Virus record (IMG/VR): IMGVR_UViG_3300032321_001056
Location: 1-64,000 of that record
Source: a virus
Taxonomy: Duplodnaviria > Caudoviricetes
Reading direction: 5' to 3' (one strand)
Length of the DNA: 64,000 nucleotides
In this document: positions 55,301 through 63,999 of the stretch, in pieces
Layout of the letters: each line of letters begins with the position of its first letter
Position numbering within the stretch: position 1 is the stretch's first letter
Notes under the pieces: generated by a model
Told to the model about the DNA's origin: nothing
What the model saw: only the letters and a program-made list of their open reading frames with translations
Database searches by the model: none
Position numbers and translations under genes: made by a program

Positions 55301-58300
55301 GCAAACCCAGGAGCAGTCATGTATCCGCCAGAAGCAAATCCCCTCCAAGCACCGCCGTTCTTTAGTGAGTTAATTCTTTCAAGGTTTCCTTTTCCAAACT
55401 TCTCCACAGCTTTGTGGTTGATAATGTATTCACCACCGTGAAGTAACGCAGGAATTCCTTGTGACGCTGGCGCTTCTAAGAAGCCACCACGACCATATTG
55501 ACCAATAGACCCACCGTTGTACATTTTTGGCAGAAGCGGTCCGCTACCAGCACCACCGCTAAGGTCTACTGTTGACCCTGGAAGATTAATTCCTGCCATT
55601 ATCTTTATTGCCCAGCCTTGTTCAAAAGGAGTCAAGCCAGATGTAGGGAGAATGGCTTTGATTCCAACCACACCTCTTAATATATTGCTTGCAATTAAGC
55701 TAACAATTCTTGCAGCAGATGCAGCCATAGCAGTTCTTTGCGCAGGACTGGCAAATCCAGTTTGCATAAGACCAGTAGCTGTTTTTGTCCACTCATCAAT
55801 TGTTGATTGTGGTATTGATGCAATTTCTGGGGCACCGCCAATACCTTGCAAAGCGGAACTTGCTTTTGCCGCTTGAGTTACAATTTGATCAACTAATGGT
55901 TTAATTTCCGCTAGAAGATTACTAAAGCTAGCCAAAATTTTAGGGAATGCAATATCTCTATTTAATTCACCTTTCAGCTTTTCAAACGCATCATTTCCAG
56001 CTTTTTGCCAAATATCAGCAATGTTATTCTTATTACCTTTTTCTGAAAGTGAAGATGTAATTTTTGCAATAGCGTCAACTGCTGGTTGCACATATGTTGT
56101 AGCAAATGTAGGATTGAAAGCTGCCTTAAACCCTTCCTCGCTCCCAATAGCCATCATTCTTACAGCACCAAGAACTGTTGAAGGGCTAGCTACTTTATTA
56201 TCTACTCCAAATTTCTTAGATGCTTCTCTAATCAAATCATCCATATTGGCACTAAACATCTTGATAGATGGATCACGAACTCCAGCGATAATGGCTGGAA
56301 GCTCACCAATGTTTTTAGCAAAAACTTTGGCTAGATCAGACGAAGAAACATTTGCTTGATCCCCAACTTTTTTTAGGGCAGCAGCAAATTCTTCTTGTGT
56401 TGCAAAACTCTTATTCTTTACATCTTCAATAAACCGATCAAATGAATCAAGGACTTCCTGGAATTGTTTCTCGGCAAGATCTTTTTGATTTGAAATTGCT
56501 TGCTTAGCTAAATCTCTTTGTTCTGACTGGAGCTGAGATAGCCTGTCGGTATCAAGATCTTGAATTTCTTGGTTAGAATTTCTTTGAGCCAATACCTCTT
56601 CTCTGTCAAGCTTTCTAACATCAAACGCACGACCCTCGTAAACCGCCAGTCTTCTCTCTACCAAGTAGTTTCCACGATCAGTCTCTCTCTGATCAATCAT
56701 CTCTCTACGCTTTGTTTCGTAGTCTTTCTTAGCCGTTAATCTTGCTTCAGCATCAGCAAGAGCATCAATACCAGCAATTTGGTCATCATAAGCTTTCAAC
56801 TGCTGATCTTTTTGCTTTTCTAATGCATCAGTATATTGTTGAATAATATTGTCAAATTTAGCATCAACATTTGAATAAAAGTAACCTTTCAAAGTATCTT
56901 TTATTTCTTTCATCTTATCTTTTATACCATTAGCGATCTGACTTCCAAGTGATTCTCCGCCTGATGAGGCAGCATCAGCTGATTGTTTTACATTATATGC
57001 TAATGCATCTTTATAGCCCTTTGGATCTTTAAGAGCTTGTGTCAATGGTACATTTATACCTTTACCAATTAATTCAAAATACTTTTTAGAAGCAATGTCA
57101 AGTTGACCAACCATAACTGTATCAAATATTGATTTAATTTTAGGTAATAGATCACCGATACCTTTATCTACATTTGCAGCAAAATCTGATTGAACTTTGT
57201 CAGATTCAGCACTACCACTTGAGCCAGCAGTAGTTTTTTTATTATCAAACTTTCCAGATCTTAGGGCATCCCTTTGCTCTGTTAAGGACATTCCTTTTGT
57301 AGTGTAATTTTGTCCACCAGGACCATTACGAACATATTTAGATACTGGTGTATCAATTCCATATGTTTGACTTTTAACAACAGCAGCTAAAACATTATTA
57401 AGAATTCCATTTGCCATATCTTTCCCAGCGGCTACTGAAAGCTGAATTAGAGCAACAAACATTTGACCAAATATGTTTAATATACCCTTTGCTATTTCAC
57501 CAAATACTGGTGTTAATGTAATAGATACATTTATGATTCCATCTACTAATTGTTTAAATATATTGATAACATCATAATAGAAGGACCACATTATTGCTTT
57601 AATTTTTTTCATTCCAGATTCAGTGTCACCGCTAGCAAAATTTTTGATAGCAGAACCAAGAAGAATAAACTTGTTAATTATTCTAACAAGCTGAGGCGCT
57701 ATTGTATTTTTCATAAATGCAGCGCCAGTTGTCTTAGCCCAGTTCCGAATGGCTTCTGCGGCTTTCTTTATAAATCCAGTTATTGAGTAGAATAATGCAG
57801 CGTTCTTCTCCCCCTCTGTTGCAAATTGTCCAAGAACTTTGTTTCCACCTGTGAATTGATTAATTACATCTCTAATCGGAGCAAACAATGCTGCAACAGC
57901 TTCTTTAATAGCAGCAAAAGCATCTTTTAGATTTTGCATTGATGAATCTAAACGACCAGATGCTGATTTCCATGCTCCAAAGAATCCAACAAGAATCGCT
58001 ATAACTGGAAGAGCTATGAGCACTGCAGTGCCAACTAGTGCTATTGTACTAGCTAACTTCGTAAACATATTCATCATCTTTTCACCAGCTTTAACTATTC
58101 CGCCATCAAATAGTCCACCAGCAGCAGCGACTGTTTTACGAACTAAACCAGCTGGTGATTTACCTTGTTCTGACCTCAATGTATTCATTGCAGAAATTGC
58201 TTTTTTAGCACCAGAAATTCCATAATCCCCAGATGTAGCAAGATTCTTTATTGCGTTGAAAGCTTTCTTTGCTGGACCAACTAGCGCAGATAGACCGCCA

Positions 58301-61300
58301 GATAATGCAAATAGCCAAACTTTAAATGTTGTTTTTCCTAAAATAGATTGCAATCTTGAGAAATTACCAATCAATTTTCCACTAAGAACTCTATTAGCTT
58401 TTTCAAGTTCAATTTGTGAAACTCTTCCAAACTGGCTTACCTTTTCTATACTCTTCAATACTCCCTTATCATCAAATCTTGCAAAGATTCCTTTAGCTGT
58501 CATTCTTTTTGCAAGACCTGGGAATGTTGAAATACCTTCAGCTGTTGAATCTTGAGTTAGTGCATCTGCAAACTTTCTATTATTAAAGAACTTTCCAAGT
58601 AACCCTTTTCTTCCTGTTTTTGGACTATTAAAACCCAAAGCGCCAGCAGTAGGTGGTGGTAGAAGATTTGTAGCACTTACTGTCTCTGCTGCTGTTACAA
58701 GCGCTGCGGCTGCCTGTTCTCCACCAGCAGCTATTGAAGCAGCTGCTTCTTTTGCGGGGAGTGTTACTTCATCAAAATTTGGAATCATATCTTGCAAGTT
58801 TGCATCAAAGATATTTTCCGAGAAAATGTTTGGACCTTTAAATAAGTGTCCGATCTTATCAATATTTAGAACTTTTCCAGCACCGCCAGTTGCTGATGGT
58901 GTTGCAGGAGTTGGTATTACTGGTGTTGTAGGAGTTGGAATTCTTGGAGGCGGTGCTGTTGGCGCTGTACCTCCAGTTGTTCCAGTTGGTATGATTGAAG
59001 ATGGTGCTGTCGGTGCAACAGTAGAAGCAAGTTGCGCAAGCTGGTATTCAGCAACAACATACTTATCCCTTGCAAAAGCAAGATCTTGTAATTGCTTATT
59101 GAGCTTAGCTAAATTCTTTTCTGGTCCCTTTCTCATCGCTGGTGATGTAAATGTATTAAGGAGTTTTTGTTCCCCAGCAATCATCCCTTGAAGTCTTTCA
59201 ATTTCTTTTTCAAAATGTGTGACCGTTAATTTCTTAATTTTTGCGGAAGCACCAGAAGCTTTAGCGTCAATACCTAATTGCCTTGCTAATTCTCGCTGAG
59301 CGGATTCCATCATCTTTTCTGCTTGCCTCTTTGTTGCTGGCAATTCTATTCCAGTATTCTTAAAACTCTTAACGGTTGCAGGGGTTGGAGATATAGTAGG
59401 CGATGTGGTTGTTGGCAATTGAGCTGCAGCAACAGGGGTAACTGGAGCTTGTACAACTGGCAGCATCCCAGACAATCTATTTGCAAGTTGATTTCTCAAA
59501 TCTTCAGCGGCTTGTTTCATACCAATAGGATCAGACTTAGCCAAGCTCATATCAACTTTCTTAGCAATCTTATTCATTACTTTTTTAGGTGCCTGAACTA
59601 TGTCATCAATGCCAGAAAAAGCATTATTAACAATTTGCTCTACTTTCTTTTCAACAACAGCCTTTGCACCTTTAGGAGCATTTTTTGCGGCTCTGGTTCT
59701 TGCAGCAAGTGGTCTCCACCAATCATTGATACCTCTTCTACTAACTTTTGTTGCATCTTGATCAAAAGAACCGCCAAGACCAACAAATCCACCAGACATT
59801 GATTGATACACAAGATTTTGTAATGCACCAGTTATCCCCCGACTCGTTCCAAAATTCTCACCTTCCTTAAGTTTTATTAAACTAGAGCCAAACAGTAGTT
59901 CTTGAAGCCCCATTTTTTCTCCGTCAAGACCTTGAGTTTTTTTGCGCAATCTTTCAAAGAAAGCTTTAAGACTTGCTGGAGTGCCGCCCTTAAGACCATC
60001 ACGACCAGCGGTACCACCTTTAAATGTCTTTGTTACATCATTAACGACATTATTTACTGACAAGTTTATCATTGACTCAATTTGATCCTGAGTCATTCCT
60101 GGAATGTTCATTGTTGCTGTCAAGAAATTTCTCAGAACATTAGGTAAATGTTTATGTTTTGTTTTAGTTGAAGCCAATCTTCTCATAACTTCAGAAATAT
60201 GTTTAACTTCAGTTTGAGATGTTGAAACAACAGTCAATAATTGTTCTTCCAAGCTATCTGCAAATCTCATAATGATATCGCTTCCAGTAAACTGAGTGTA
60301 GTCAAATGCGGCACTTAAGCTCTTAGGGAAGCGGAATAAACTCTTAACACGACCAAAAACTCCTGGAGTTTTTGCACTTGCAGCAATTGCTTCAGTTTCA
60401 GATGCTGATCTCTTGAAAATTTGTTTTATCCCAACGGTTGACAAGAATCTTTGCCCACTTCTTGGGTTAAGTATTCTTTTTGCGTTCAACTGCTGGAATC
60501 TTGGGTCATTAAAGAAACGAGAACCACTATATTTAAATGTATCTAATGGTAAATTATCTCCAACTGCCTTTTTTTGAGTAGGGATAAAATTCCACATTGG
60601 GTTTACAGGTGCAGCTCTTCTAATTGGAGCAACTGCCTGATTAAATTTTTCCCCAAAGAATCGTGAGCCTTTATATTTTGTCCAAGGAAGATTTATACCT
60701 CTTGTTGCATCTTCAATATCACCTTCAAGTTTTTGCACTGGGGCGTACATTTCCTTTAGACGCTGTTTCAAATTCAATATTGATGTTTGCCTACTGGCTC
60801 TTCTCTTCATTTTACTATCTTTTGAGCTTAATAATTCAGCATTCAACATTTCTCTTTCAGAGGCAATAAATTCTTCATGAGGTGTGAGCTGAGGCATTAC
60901 TCTTGGCTTAGGGAGCTTTGCTGTTTCAGCGTCAATCAATCTTTGTATAGCGGCAGGTGATTCATCTAAATTCTGACGCAATCTTCTTAATGAAGCGGTT
61001 TTCTGAGCATTTAAGATATCAATTTCATCTTGAAATGCAATTTTTATTTCTTCCAACTTGGCTAAACCAGCTTTTTCAAGTTTTGCTTTGCCAGTTTTTG
61101 TTATTTTCATTTCTTCAGTAATTATATCTTTAGCATTCTTTAATTCTAAATCTCTTAATCTGACTTGCTCAGCAATAAGATCATCTATCTCGGCTACGCT
61201 ATTTCTAGACACTTCTTGAGCTGCTAATAACTCAGTTTCATTTATAGCAAGACTCATATCAACACCATTAGGTGAAATCATAGTTTTATTTCTAGATAAA

Positions 61301-63999
61301 GCTTTTGCTTTTTGTTTTTTTAATGCATCAATTCTTTGTCTTATTGGTGCAGCAACATTTGTTTCAGAAAAATTTGTAGCTGTAGCTTCAGCTACTCTTT
61401 CTGCAATAATGTATCTTTCTTGCAGAAACAATAATTCATCAAGATTTCTAACAGCAGATGTCCTAGCTCTTCCTGTTGAAGTAGCTATTTTTTTCTTTAA
61501 AGATTCAATTTCATCTCTTACCTTTATTTCTTCTACTGTTTGACTTCCGATTAATCTTTCATCCCATGTAAGACCTTTTTTAACAGCCTTTTCAGCCCCC
61601 TTTGCTGGCAGACTGCCTACTTCAGCAGCGGCTCTATCTGCAGCTTGAAGCGCAAGAGTTTGATCATTCTGTTTTCCTAAAATAGGATTTTTTACCAATT
61701 TAACAACTGCTTGACCAGATTTATTTACATCTTCTTCAAAACGAGAAACTTTAGCACGGACATCTCTCATTGCTCTTCTTAAATCATCACCAAATGAAGA
61801 TATAGGACCAGCTTCATGAGCAATAATATCTATTTGATCAGCAATTTCTGGCAGTAATTTATGAATATCAGCAAGGGAATTAACAACTACAGTCTCAGAG
61901 CCCCTTACAACACCTTTAGTAACTCTTTGAATTGCGACAAAATGATCTTCAACTGCAGCTGCAAGATCTGCTTGTAAAACTTCTTTACCAGAAATAAAAT
62001 CAGTTATAATGCGACCAGAAGCGCCCATCGGTGTTCCACCAAAAGCATTTATTTCCATTTCATTAGCCGCTGCAAGTGCTACATTTCGCATATTATCAAT
62101 TTGATCTTGAATTGATTTAGCAACATTGTCAACTAAAGGAGCAAGCTCTGCCTGCCCTGCTGTACCGAAACTTCTTGCATTACGAATTACAGCTGAATTA
62201 ATAAGTCTATCATCAATACCTGTTTCTTTAACAGAAACAGTGAATAAACCTTGTTTAGTTTTGTCAAAAATTTGTTTTTTAACTTTATCAAGAGTTTTTT
62301 GACTTACACCAAATACGCCATTACCAGATAATGCTTCTGCAAGTATTGGCTCCATTTCTTTTCCAGCTTCTTCATACCATTGTTTTATTTGTGCCAAAGA
62401 TAGCTCTACAGTGTTGCTAATTGATGATACTGCCTTTTCTACTGGATTTTCTGCTGGTCTAAATAATGAGAGAATACTTCTTCTTCTATCGGAAGCTTTT
62501 CTTGCACCAAATGGCAACGCTGAACCTACAGTGTTAGGTATCTGTATATTCCTAACATCTGCTTGAGCAAATCTTGGATCATTAAAGAAACGGCTCTTCC
62601 CTGTTGGGAACATTGAAGCCCAAGCAGCTTTCGCTTCTGCCATCGGAGACTTTACTGATCCTGGTGCATTTGGTATTGCTAAATTTCTGACATCGGCTTG
62701 AGCAAATTGTGGAGTAAAGAATCTACTGACACCTGGTGGATAAGTAGTAACTGTTGGTGGTCTTAACCTAGCCTTTCTTGCCTCATTTGCAGCAATAGCT
62801 GCTGCGCTTTCTTCTGCAGTTAGATTGTCAGCGATAGCGCCGCCAGCTCCTCTTGGTGCTCTAGGAGCTTTTGGCGCACTGCCTGGACCTCCAGAGAATC
62901 CGCCAAATGGAATATTATTTTCAAAATAGTTTGGACCCGCAAACAAGTTTGGTCCTTGAAATTTATGCATTACTGTTGCAAACTTCATTGCAATATCATC
63001 AGCAAGATTTGCTGTTCCTTTTGATACTCCCTCTTCAGAAGCATTAGCTACTCCAGCAACCATTTGGGCAGTCCCTTGAGCCTGTATGACTTTTAGATCA
63101 TTCATCAATTGATTTGTTTGCGGGACATAAGGCTGAAGCCTCTTCATGTTTACAGCCTTATCTGATCCGTAAATACCTCCACCTGTGATTGCTTCTTTTG
63201 CTGGGAGAGAAATTCCACTAAAGTCATAGGCTTCTTTTAGTTCCTTAGCACCTCTCTTTGATTTAATTAAGAACCCATCCATGTATTGAACAACTCTTTG
63301 TTGCCCACGCAATAAATTTGGATTCATGATCAAGTCTTGAAGACTTGCAAATTGTAATGTTGTCCCATTTATAATTCTTGATAATTTAACAAACAAACCA
63401 ATCGTACTTCCAAAAGCAGTTTTTAGTGTTGTAAACACCATTCTTAATGGTCCAGATAAAGCAACAACTCCAAGAAGAGCGCTAACTAATTTTGCAATAA
63501 ATGGATTGGTTTGCAAAAAAGTTGCAAGCTTTTCAAGAACTGGAAGAAGACCTTTTAAGAAAATGTCAACAACTGGGACAACTGCTCTGCCCAATGACAG
63601 CAATGATTCTTTTGCTCTGCGGTATCTAACTTCTGGTGTGTCTTGAGATAGTTTCAATTCAGCTTCAAATTGAGTACCAGCTAATTTGTTAACATCAAAA
63701 GCTTGAGCCATTAAAGCTTTACCAACTTCAGTACTCATTCCAGAAATAAAATCTGAATTTTTTGACTTATTTTTTTCCAGTAATGCTTGCGCTTTCAGTT
63801 GTCCTTTTTGAACAGCAAGAGCTTGTGCTGTTAACACATCCTTACCGTCTTTCTGAATAGCCATTCTATGGAGCGTGCTTAGGTCTTCAAACTTTTTAAT
63901 TGTTATTTCTTTTTGACCTATAGCACGCAATTCTGCGTTAACAGAATTTTGCAATTGTTTAGCTACGGTATTCTCCATAGTCCCAGTAGTATCCAATTG
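49384..63999 (-). CDS. giant tape measure protein (5'-truncated, >4,870 aa) with C-terminal enzymatic cargo array
   Basis: Frame is open to the window edge (CAA precedes the TTG called as start); amphipathic helical TMP segments; hydrophobic stretches; position just before the tail genes; two LHGGEY modules. Confidence 0.9.
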   Translation of the reverse strand, partial: QLDTTGTMENTVAKQLQNSVNAELRAIGQKEITIKKFEDLSTLHRMAIQKDGKDVLTAQALAVQKGQLKAQALLEKNKSKNSDFISGMSTEVGKALMAQAFDVNKLAGTQFEAELKLSQDTPEVRYRRAKESLLSLGRAVVPVVDIFLKGLLPVLEKLATFLQTNPFIAKLVSALLGVVALSGPLRMVFTTLKTAFGSTIGLFVKLSRIINGTTLQFASLQDLIMNPNLLRGQQRVVQYMDGFLIKSKRGAKELKEAYDFSGISLPAKEAITGGGIYGSDKAVNMKRLQPYVPQTNQLMNDLKVIQAQGTAQMVAGVANASEEGVSKGTANLADDIAMKFATVMHKFQGPNLFAGPNYFENNIPFGGFSGGPGSAPKAPRAPRGAGGAIADNLTAEESAAAIAANEARKARLRPPTVTTYPPGVSRFFTPQFAQADVRNLAIPNAPGSVKSPMAEAKAAWASMFPTGKSRFFNDPRFAQADVRNIQIPNTVGSALPFGARKASDRRRSILSLFRPAENPVEKAVSSISNTVELSLAQIKQWYEEAGKEMEPILAEALSGNGVFGVSQKTLDKVKKQIFDKTKQGLFTVSVKETGIDDRLINSAVIRNARSFGTAGQAELAPLVDNVAKSIQDQIDNMRNVALAAANEMEINAFGGTPMGASGRIITDFISGKEVLQADLAAAVEDHFVAIQRVTKGVVRGSETVVVNSLADIHKLLPEIADQIDIIAHEAGPISSFGDDLRRAMRDVRAKVSRFEEDVNKSGQAVVKLVKNPILGKQNDQTLALQAADRAAAEVGSLPAKGAEKAVKKGLTWDERLIGSQTVEEIKVRDEIESLKKKIATSTGRARTSAVRNLDELLFLQERYIIAERVAEATATNFSETNVAAPIRQRIDALKKQKAKALSRNKTMISPNGVDMSLAINETELLAAQEVSRNSVAEIDDLIAEQVRLRDLELKNAKDIITEEMKITKTGKAKLEKAGLAKLEEIKIAFQDEIDILNAQKTASLRRLRQNLDESPAAIQRLIDAETAKLPKPRVMPQLTPHEEFIASEREMLNAELLSSKDSKMKRRASRQTSILNLKQRLKEMYAPVQKLEGDIEDATRGINLPWTKYKGSRFFGEKFNQAVAPIRRAAPVNPMWNFIPTQKKAVGDNLPLDTFKYSGSRFFNDPRFQQLNAKRILNPRSGQRFLSTVGIKQIFKRSASETEAIAASAKTPGVFGRVKSLFRFPKSLSAAFDYTQFTGSDIIMRFADSLEEQLLTVVSTSQTEVKHISEVMRRLASTKTKHKHLPNVLRNFLTATMNIPGMTQDQIESMINLSVNNVVNDVTKTFKGGTAGRDGLKGGTPASLKAFFERLRKKTQGLDGEKMGLQELLFGSSLIKLKEGENFGTSRGITGALQNLVYQSMSGGFVGLGGSFDQDATKVSRRGINDWWRPLAARTRAAKNAPKGAKAVVEKKVEQIVNNAFSGIDDIVQAPKKVMNKIAKKVDMSLAKSDPIGMKQAAEDLRNQLANRLSGMLPVVQAPVTPVAAAQLPTTTSPTISPTPATVKSFKNTGIELPATKRQAEKMMESAQRELARQLGIDAKASGASAKIKKLTVTHFEKEIERLQGMIAGEQKLLNTFTSPAMRKGPEKNLAKLNKQLQDLAFARDKYVVAEYQLAQLASTVAPTAPSSIIPTGTTGGTAPTAPPPRIPTPTTPVIPTPATPSATGGAGKVLNIDKIGHLFKGPNIFSENIFDANLQDMIPNFDEVTLPAKEAAASIAAGGEQAAAALVTAAETVSATNLLPPPTAGALGFNSPKTGRKGLLGKFFNNRKFADALTQDSTAEGISTFPGLAKRMTAKGIFARFDDKGVLKSIEKVSQFGRVSQIELEKANRVLSGKLIGNFSRLQSILGKTTFKVWLFALSGGLSALVGPAKKAFNAIKNLATSGDYGISGAKKAISAMNTLRSEQGKSPAGLVRKTVAAAGGLFDGGIVKAGEKMMNMFTKLASTIALVGTAVLIALPVIAILVGFFGAWKSASGRLDSSMQNLKDAFAAIKEAVAALFAPIRDVINQFTGGNKVLGQFATEGEKNAALFYSITGFIKKAAEAIRNWAKTTGAAFMKNTIAPQLVRIINKFILLGSAIKNFASGDTESGMKKIKAIMWSFYYDVINIFKQLVDGIINVSITLTPVFGEIAKGILNIFGQMFVALIQLSVAAGKDMANGILNNVLAAVVKSQTYGIDTPVSKYVRNGPGGQNYTTKGMSLTEQRDALRSGKFDNKKTTAGSSGSAESDKVQSDFAANVDKGIGDLLPKIKSIFDTVMVGQLDIASKKYFELIGKGINVPLTQALKDPKGYKDALAYNVKQSADAASSGGESLGSQIANGIKDKMKEIKDTLKGYFYSNVDAKFDNIIQQYTDALEKQKDQQLKAYDDQIAGIDALADAEARLTAKKDYETKRREMIDQRETDRGNYLVERRLAVYEGRAFDVRKLDREEVLAQRNSNQEIQDLDTDRLSQLQSEQRDLAKQAISNQKDLAEKQFQEVLDSFDRFIEDVKNKSFATQEEFAAALKKVGDQANVSSSDLAKVFAKNIGELPAIIAGVRDPSIKMFSANMDDLIREASKKFGVDNKVASPSTVLGAVRMMAIGSEEGFKAAFNPTFATTYVQPAVDAIAKITSSLSEKGNKNNIADIWQKAGNDAFEKLKGELNRDIAFPKILASFSNLLAEIKPLVDQIVTQAAKASSALQGIGGAPEIASIPQSTIDEWTKTATGLMQTGFASPAQRTAMAASAARIVSLIASNILRGVVGIKAILPTSGLTPFEQGWAIKIMAGINLPGSTVDLSGGAGSGPLLPKMYNGGSIGQYGRGGFLEAPASQGIPALLHGGEYIINHKAVEKFGKGNLERINSLKNGGAWRGFASGGYMTAPGFANGGYMTAPGFANGGYMTAPGFARGGAVRRRPKDSEPINPSDDSSLRTFTNNSGQSYTVPNVNIRSGKATGTTMHMLDWAAIARSESGPDWMNALGATTKTSRGVFVGPLNIARKTWQIYSNAYKKQTGVDVGNFNNPNATPSWQDQVKIAEMVAFKGIPDSQYEYYRQPKFLDGYEGVRKNRVFFQPLNELKKFDKALGFANGGFLRKAGDPWIWSRGHVSPDRYEDQIRVKGNPSSRRQIPKEQDPNSRRRGRITPIIPPEKRYPQDGSYEPDAPWAGYTNQPDPPWIHHEGGGADRQPQMTTWKDHIGEPVGSFGFPVRYRHILGYYPTDRIPLGGKKGEDVSIVWDGKNRWTRSDSGVKKYLGGMIPQFKLGGFLKPGFGLPRLKSFGLPKLKNLNPLSWFFGKKGKGGNQNQTTFEKKPAFDVNKEPWKTQIKDYKKKMGGDFPEALDIYIDQLRKDHEESIGGNSYYSHLPEPQFVGNMPPQLAYVNDAINTQQEIARGMVNYKPNNALIIRGLKKIYVNPLYWNDDDLLRNDGDAAYRIAANRHNEEADGFSTDHRRMLTMHQGISDAMATMSTYLGIPFEFAGPLLEKSKLNRRNQMLLDVNTAYQPNKWWAGQTSAGIHLPGGVFNKDGKINTASMAYNTGSKNLMWGDPSLHKEVFMHEFGHIGGFDHPHEYVSSLKNKYGGNSSSQMLNSIMSYDAAYKGEGYLLPADINAWRSNMGYNLAAPTIVTRMDAQWRMGNPPIAGGTDPQWTAWLQMQSKLNKTKKQLPKVKKFEQGGFIGPMLPKKNKSFWGKVAGVGKGAFNIGKEILRPKNSFAIAGGTLAAILATPGGPAAMVAAGMAGSAAGGGIGSLVEQAFDKKKGFQPLDIGKNMLLQGAMYGLGAGAGAIGERFIMPALAKYGTPALRGMGDVAMNRLGLAGMDAAEIPGLIKAGVSYTKSKALSSLGKGISKISPVAGDYLKAFGGSWKQGGLDSLGNTLRNYEAPVEGWFKNIFRSDNIAIRAVRENKNKEFYEEYVRLNKKPPYISPSGRPMTPMNPVPPSSLFPYSGSDFYKAGPLTSIFNKLIKFNPFAKKIGIHAGRSGLSSINAVEGALRTGPSDQLPGKTYSWLQGTVDDVAKYAKGFAERQGYGVGEGGVSQLSDPSSSSFYITRSKGGIEMDPNVMWTEARMSPWQKILAELPITSTKEELATALAQYRENSGITGVFNKVRSNIARLRNYIKREEIFLHSSPTQGLTEIKPFADAAIGNKDPLAFLKKATMQPGMTEGSWKYTGTDNASARAGWGKVKGTYPAPAPGGSVYVVRGPKGMPKSSDIFDDVDPNSFVSKNPLKVLSEIKIPSTLTQKEALAYVDSAVRRSVTRFGGPKVPRFEQGGFIGPMLPKKKKGFWGKVGGIGKGVLNMATDTIQSFVKLGDSAYNIGASVVESPMALLDKRYSFNPMKNLDNRVLRTEKEGVNWIRGLNQATGLNIPGGKTGGFGQIANNKKYGFGDAANVISTIYGDKIVGAVAKPFTPIAKRMFGPALKGVGDIAMNRLGLLGMDASLLPNALEIGTKMTWNKIKQGASQFELKADGFLYSIPGALKNYGKKVLQSGNPSSIISNPTRDLLPSVESIVGKKGIDREIIDLFDELDMISGARSFRDSNSLDETIQRLLVKARLQLSGDMPKILDEEADVFKWNEYINKMLGLRKTSGIPDEEELTEGIINIFKNIFQSPSSPVIDSDPRIIPQSWELFNHAEIQRKVGQQLYNNLTDQGAWGDSPLLRQIGKVFGIKRGQEWNLLENPEINLPIGEQRFNLFNRTKDIYTFMSKIKEKISSFLPSRSSRYIWKEFEKGNFEPPRFKKGGYLNFKEGGEVPSILHGGEYVLNAAAVKKYGLAHLEAMNQMKFNVPSAGFSVPQASYSGNMAGGMTTSTQNVNIYVDNFIGEPEWFNSMMKDYNTKILPKNQKAAGLENRVISTYNGLNRGQ
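51137..51171. repeat. perfect 35-bp direct repeat, copy 2 (copy 1 at 52925..52959)
   Basis: ggaagcattggaccaataaaaccgccttgctcaaa; encodes FEQGGFIGPMLP. Confidence 0.95.
52925..52959. repeat. perfect 35-bp direct repeat, copy 1
   Basis: Identical to 51137..51171; spacing 1,788 bp (596 codons, in frame). Confidence 0.95.
54111..54158 (-). repeat. 24-bp tandem coding repeat x2 (FGLP[R/K]LK[S/N])
   Basis: tcttgagctttggcaagccaaagc / tcttgagccttggtaagccaaagc. Confidence 0.85.
55235..55339 (-). repeat. 33-bp tandem coding repeat x3 (FA[S/N]GGYMTAPG)
   Basis: Units start at 55235, 55268, 55301 and 55334 (partial); they differ mostly at third codon positions. Confidence 0.95.

Noticed and set aside
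42505-55339. 18-, 24- and 33-bp tandem repeats as CRISPR or VNTR elements
   Set aside because: All are in-frame multiples of 3 inside long ORFs with synonymous variation, so they are coding peptide repeats
557-60869. Plus-strand and nested minus-strand ORFs in the track (e.g. 557..748, 13690..13953, 34682..34954, 42499..42960, 52484..53032, 59323..59802)
   Set aside because: They are antisense or alternative-frame shadows of longer, motif-bearing minus-strand genes, with no RBS or plausible composition
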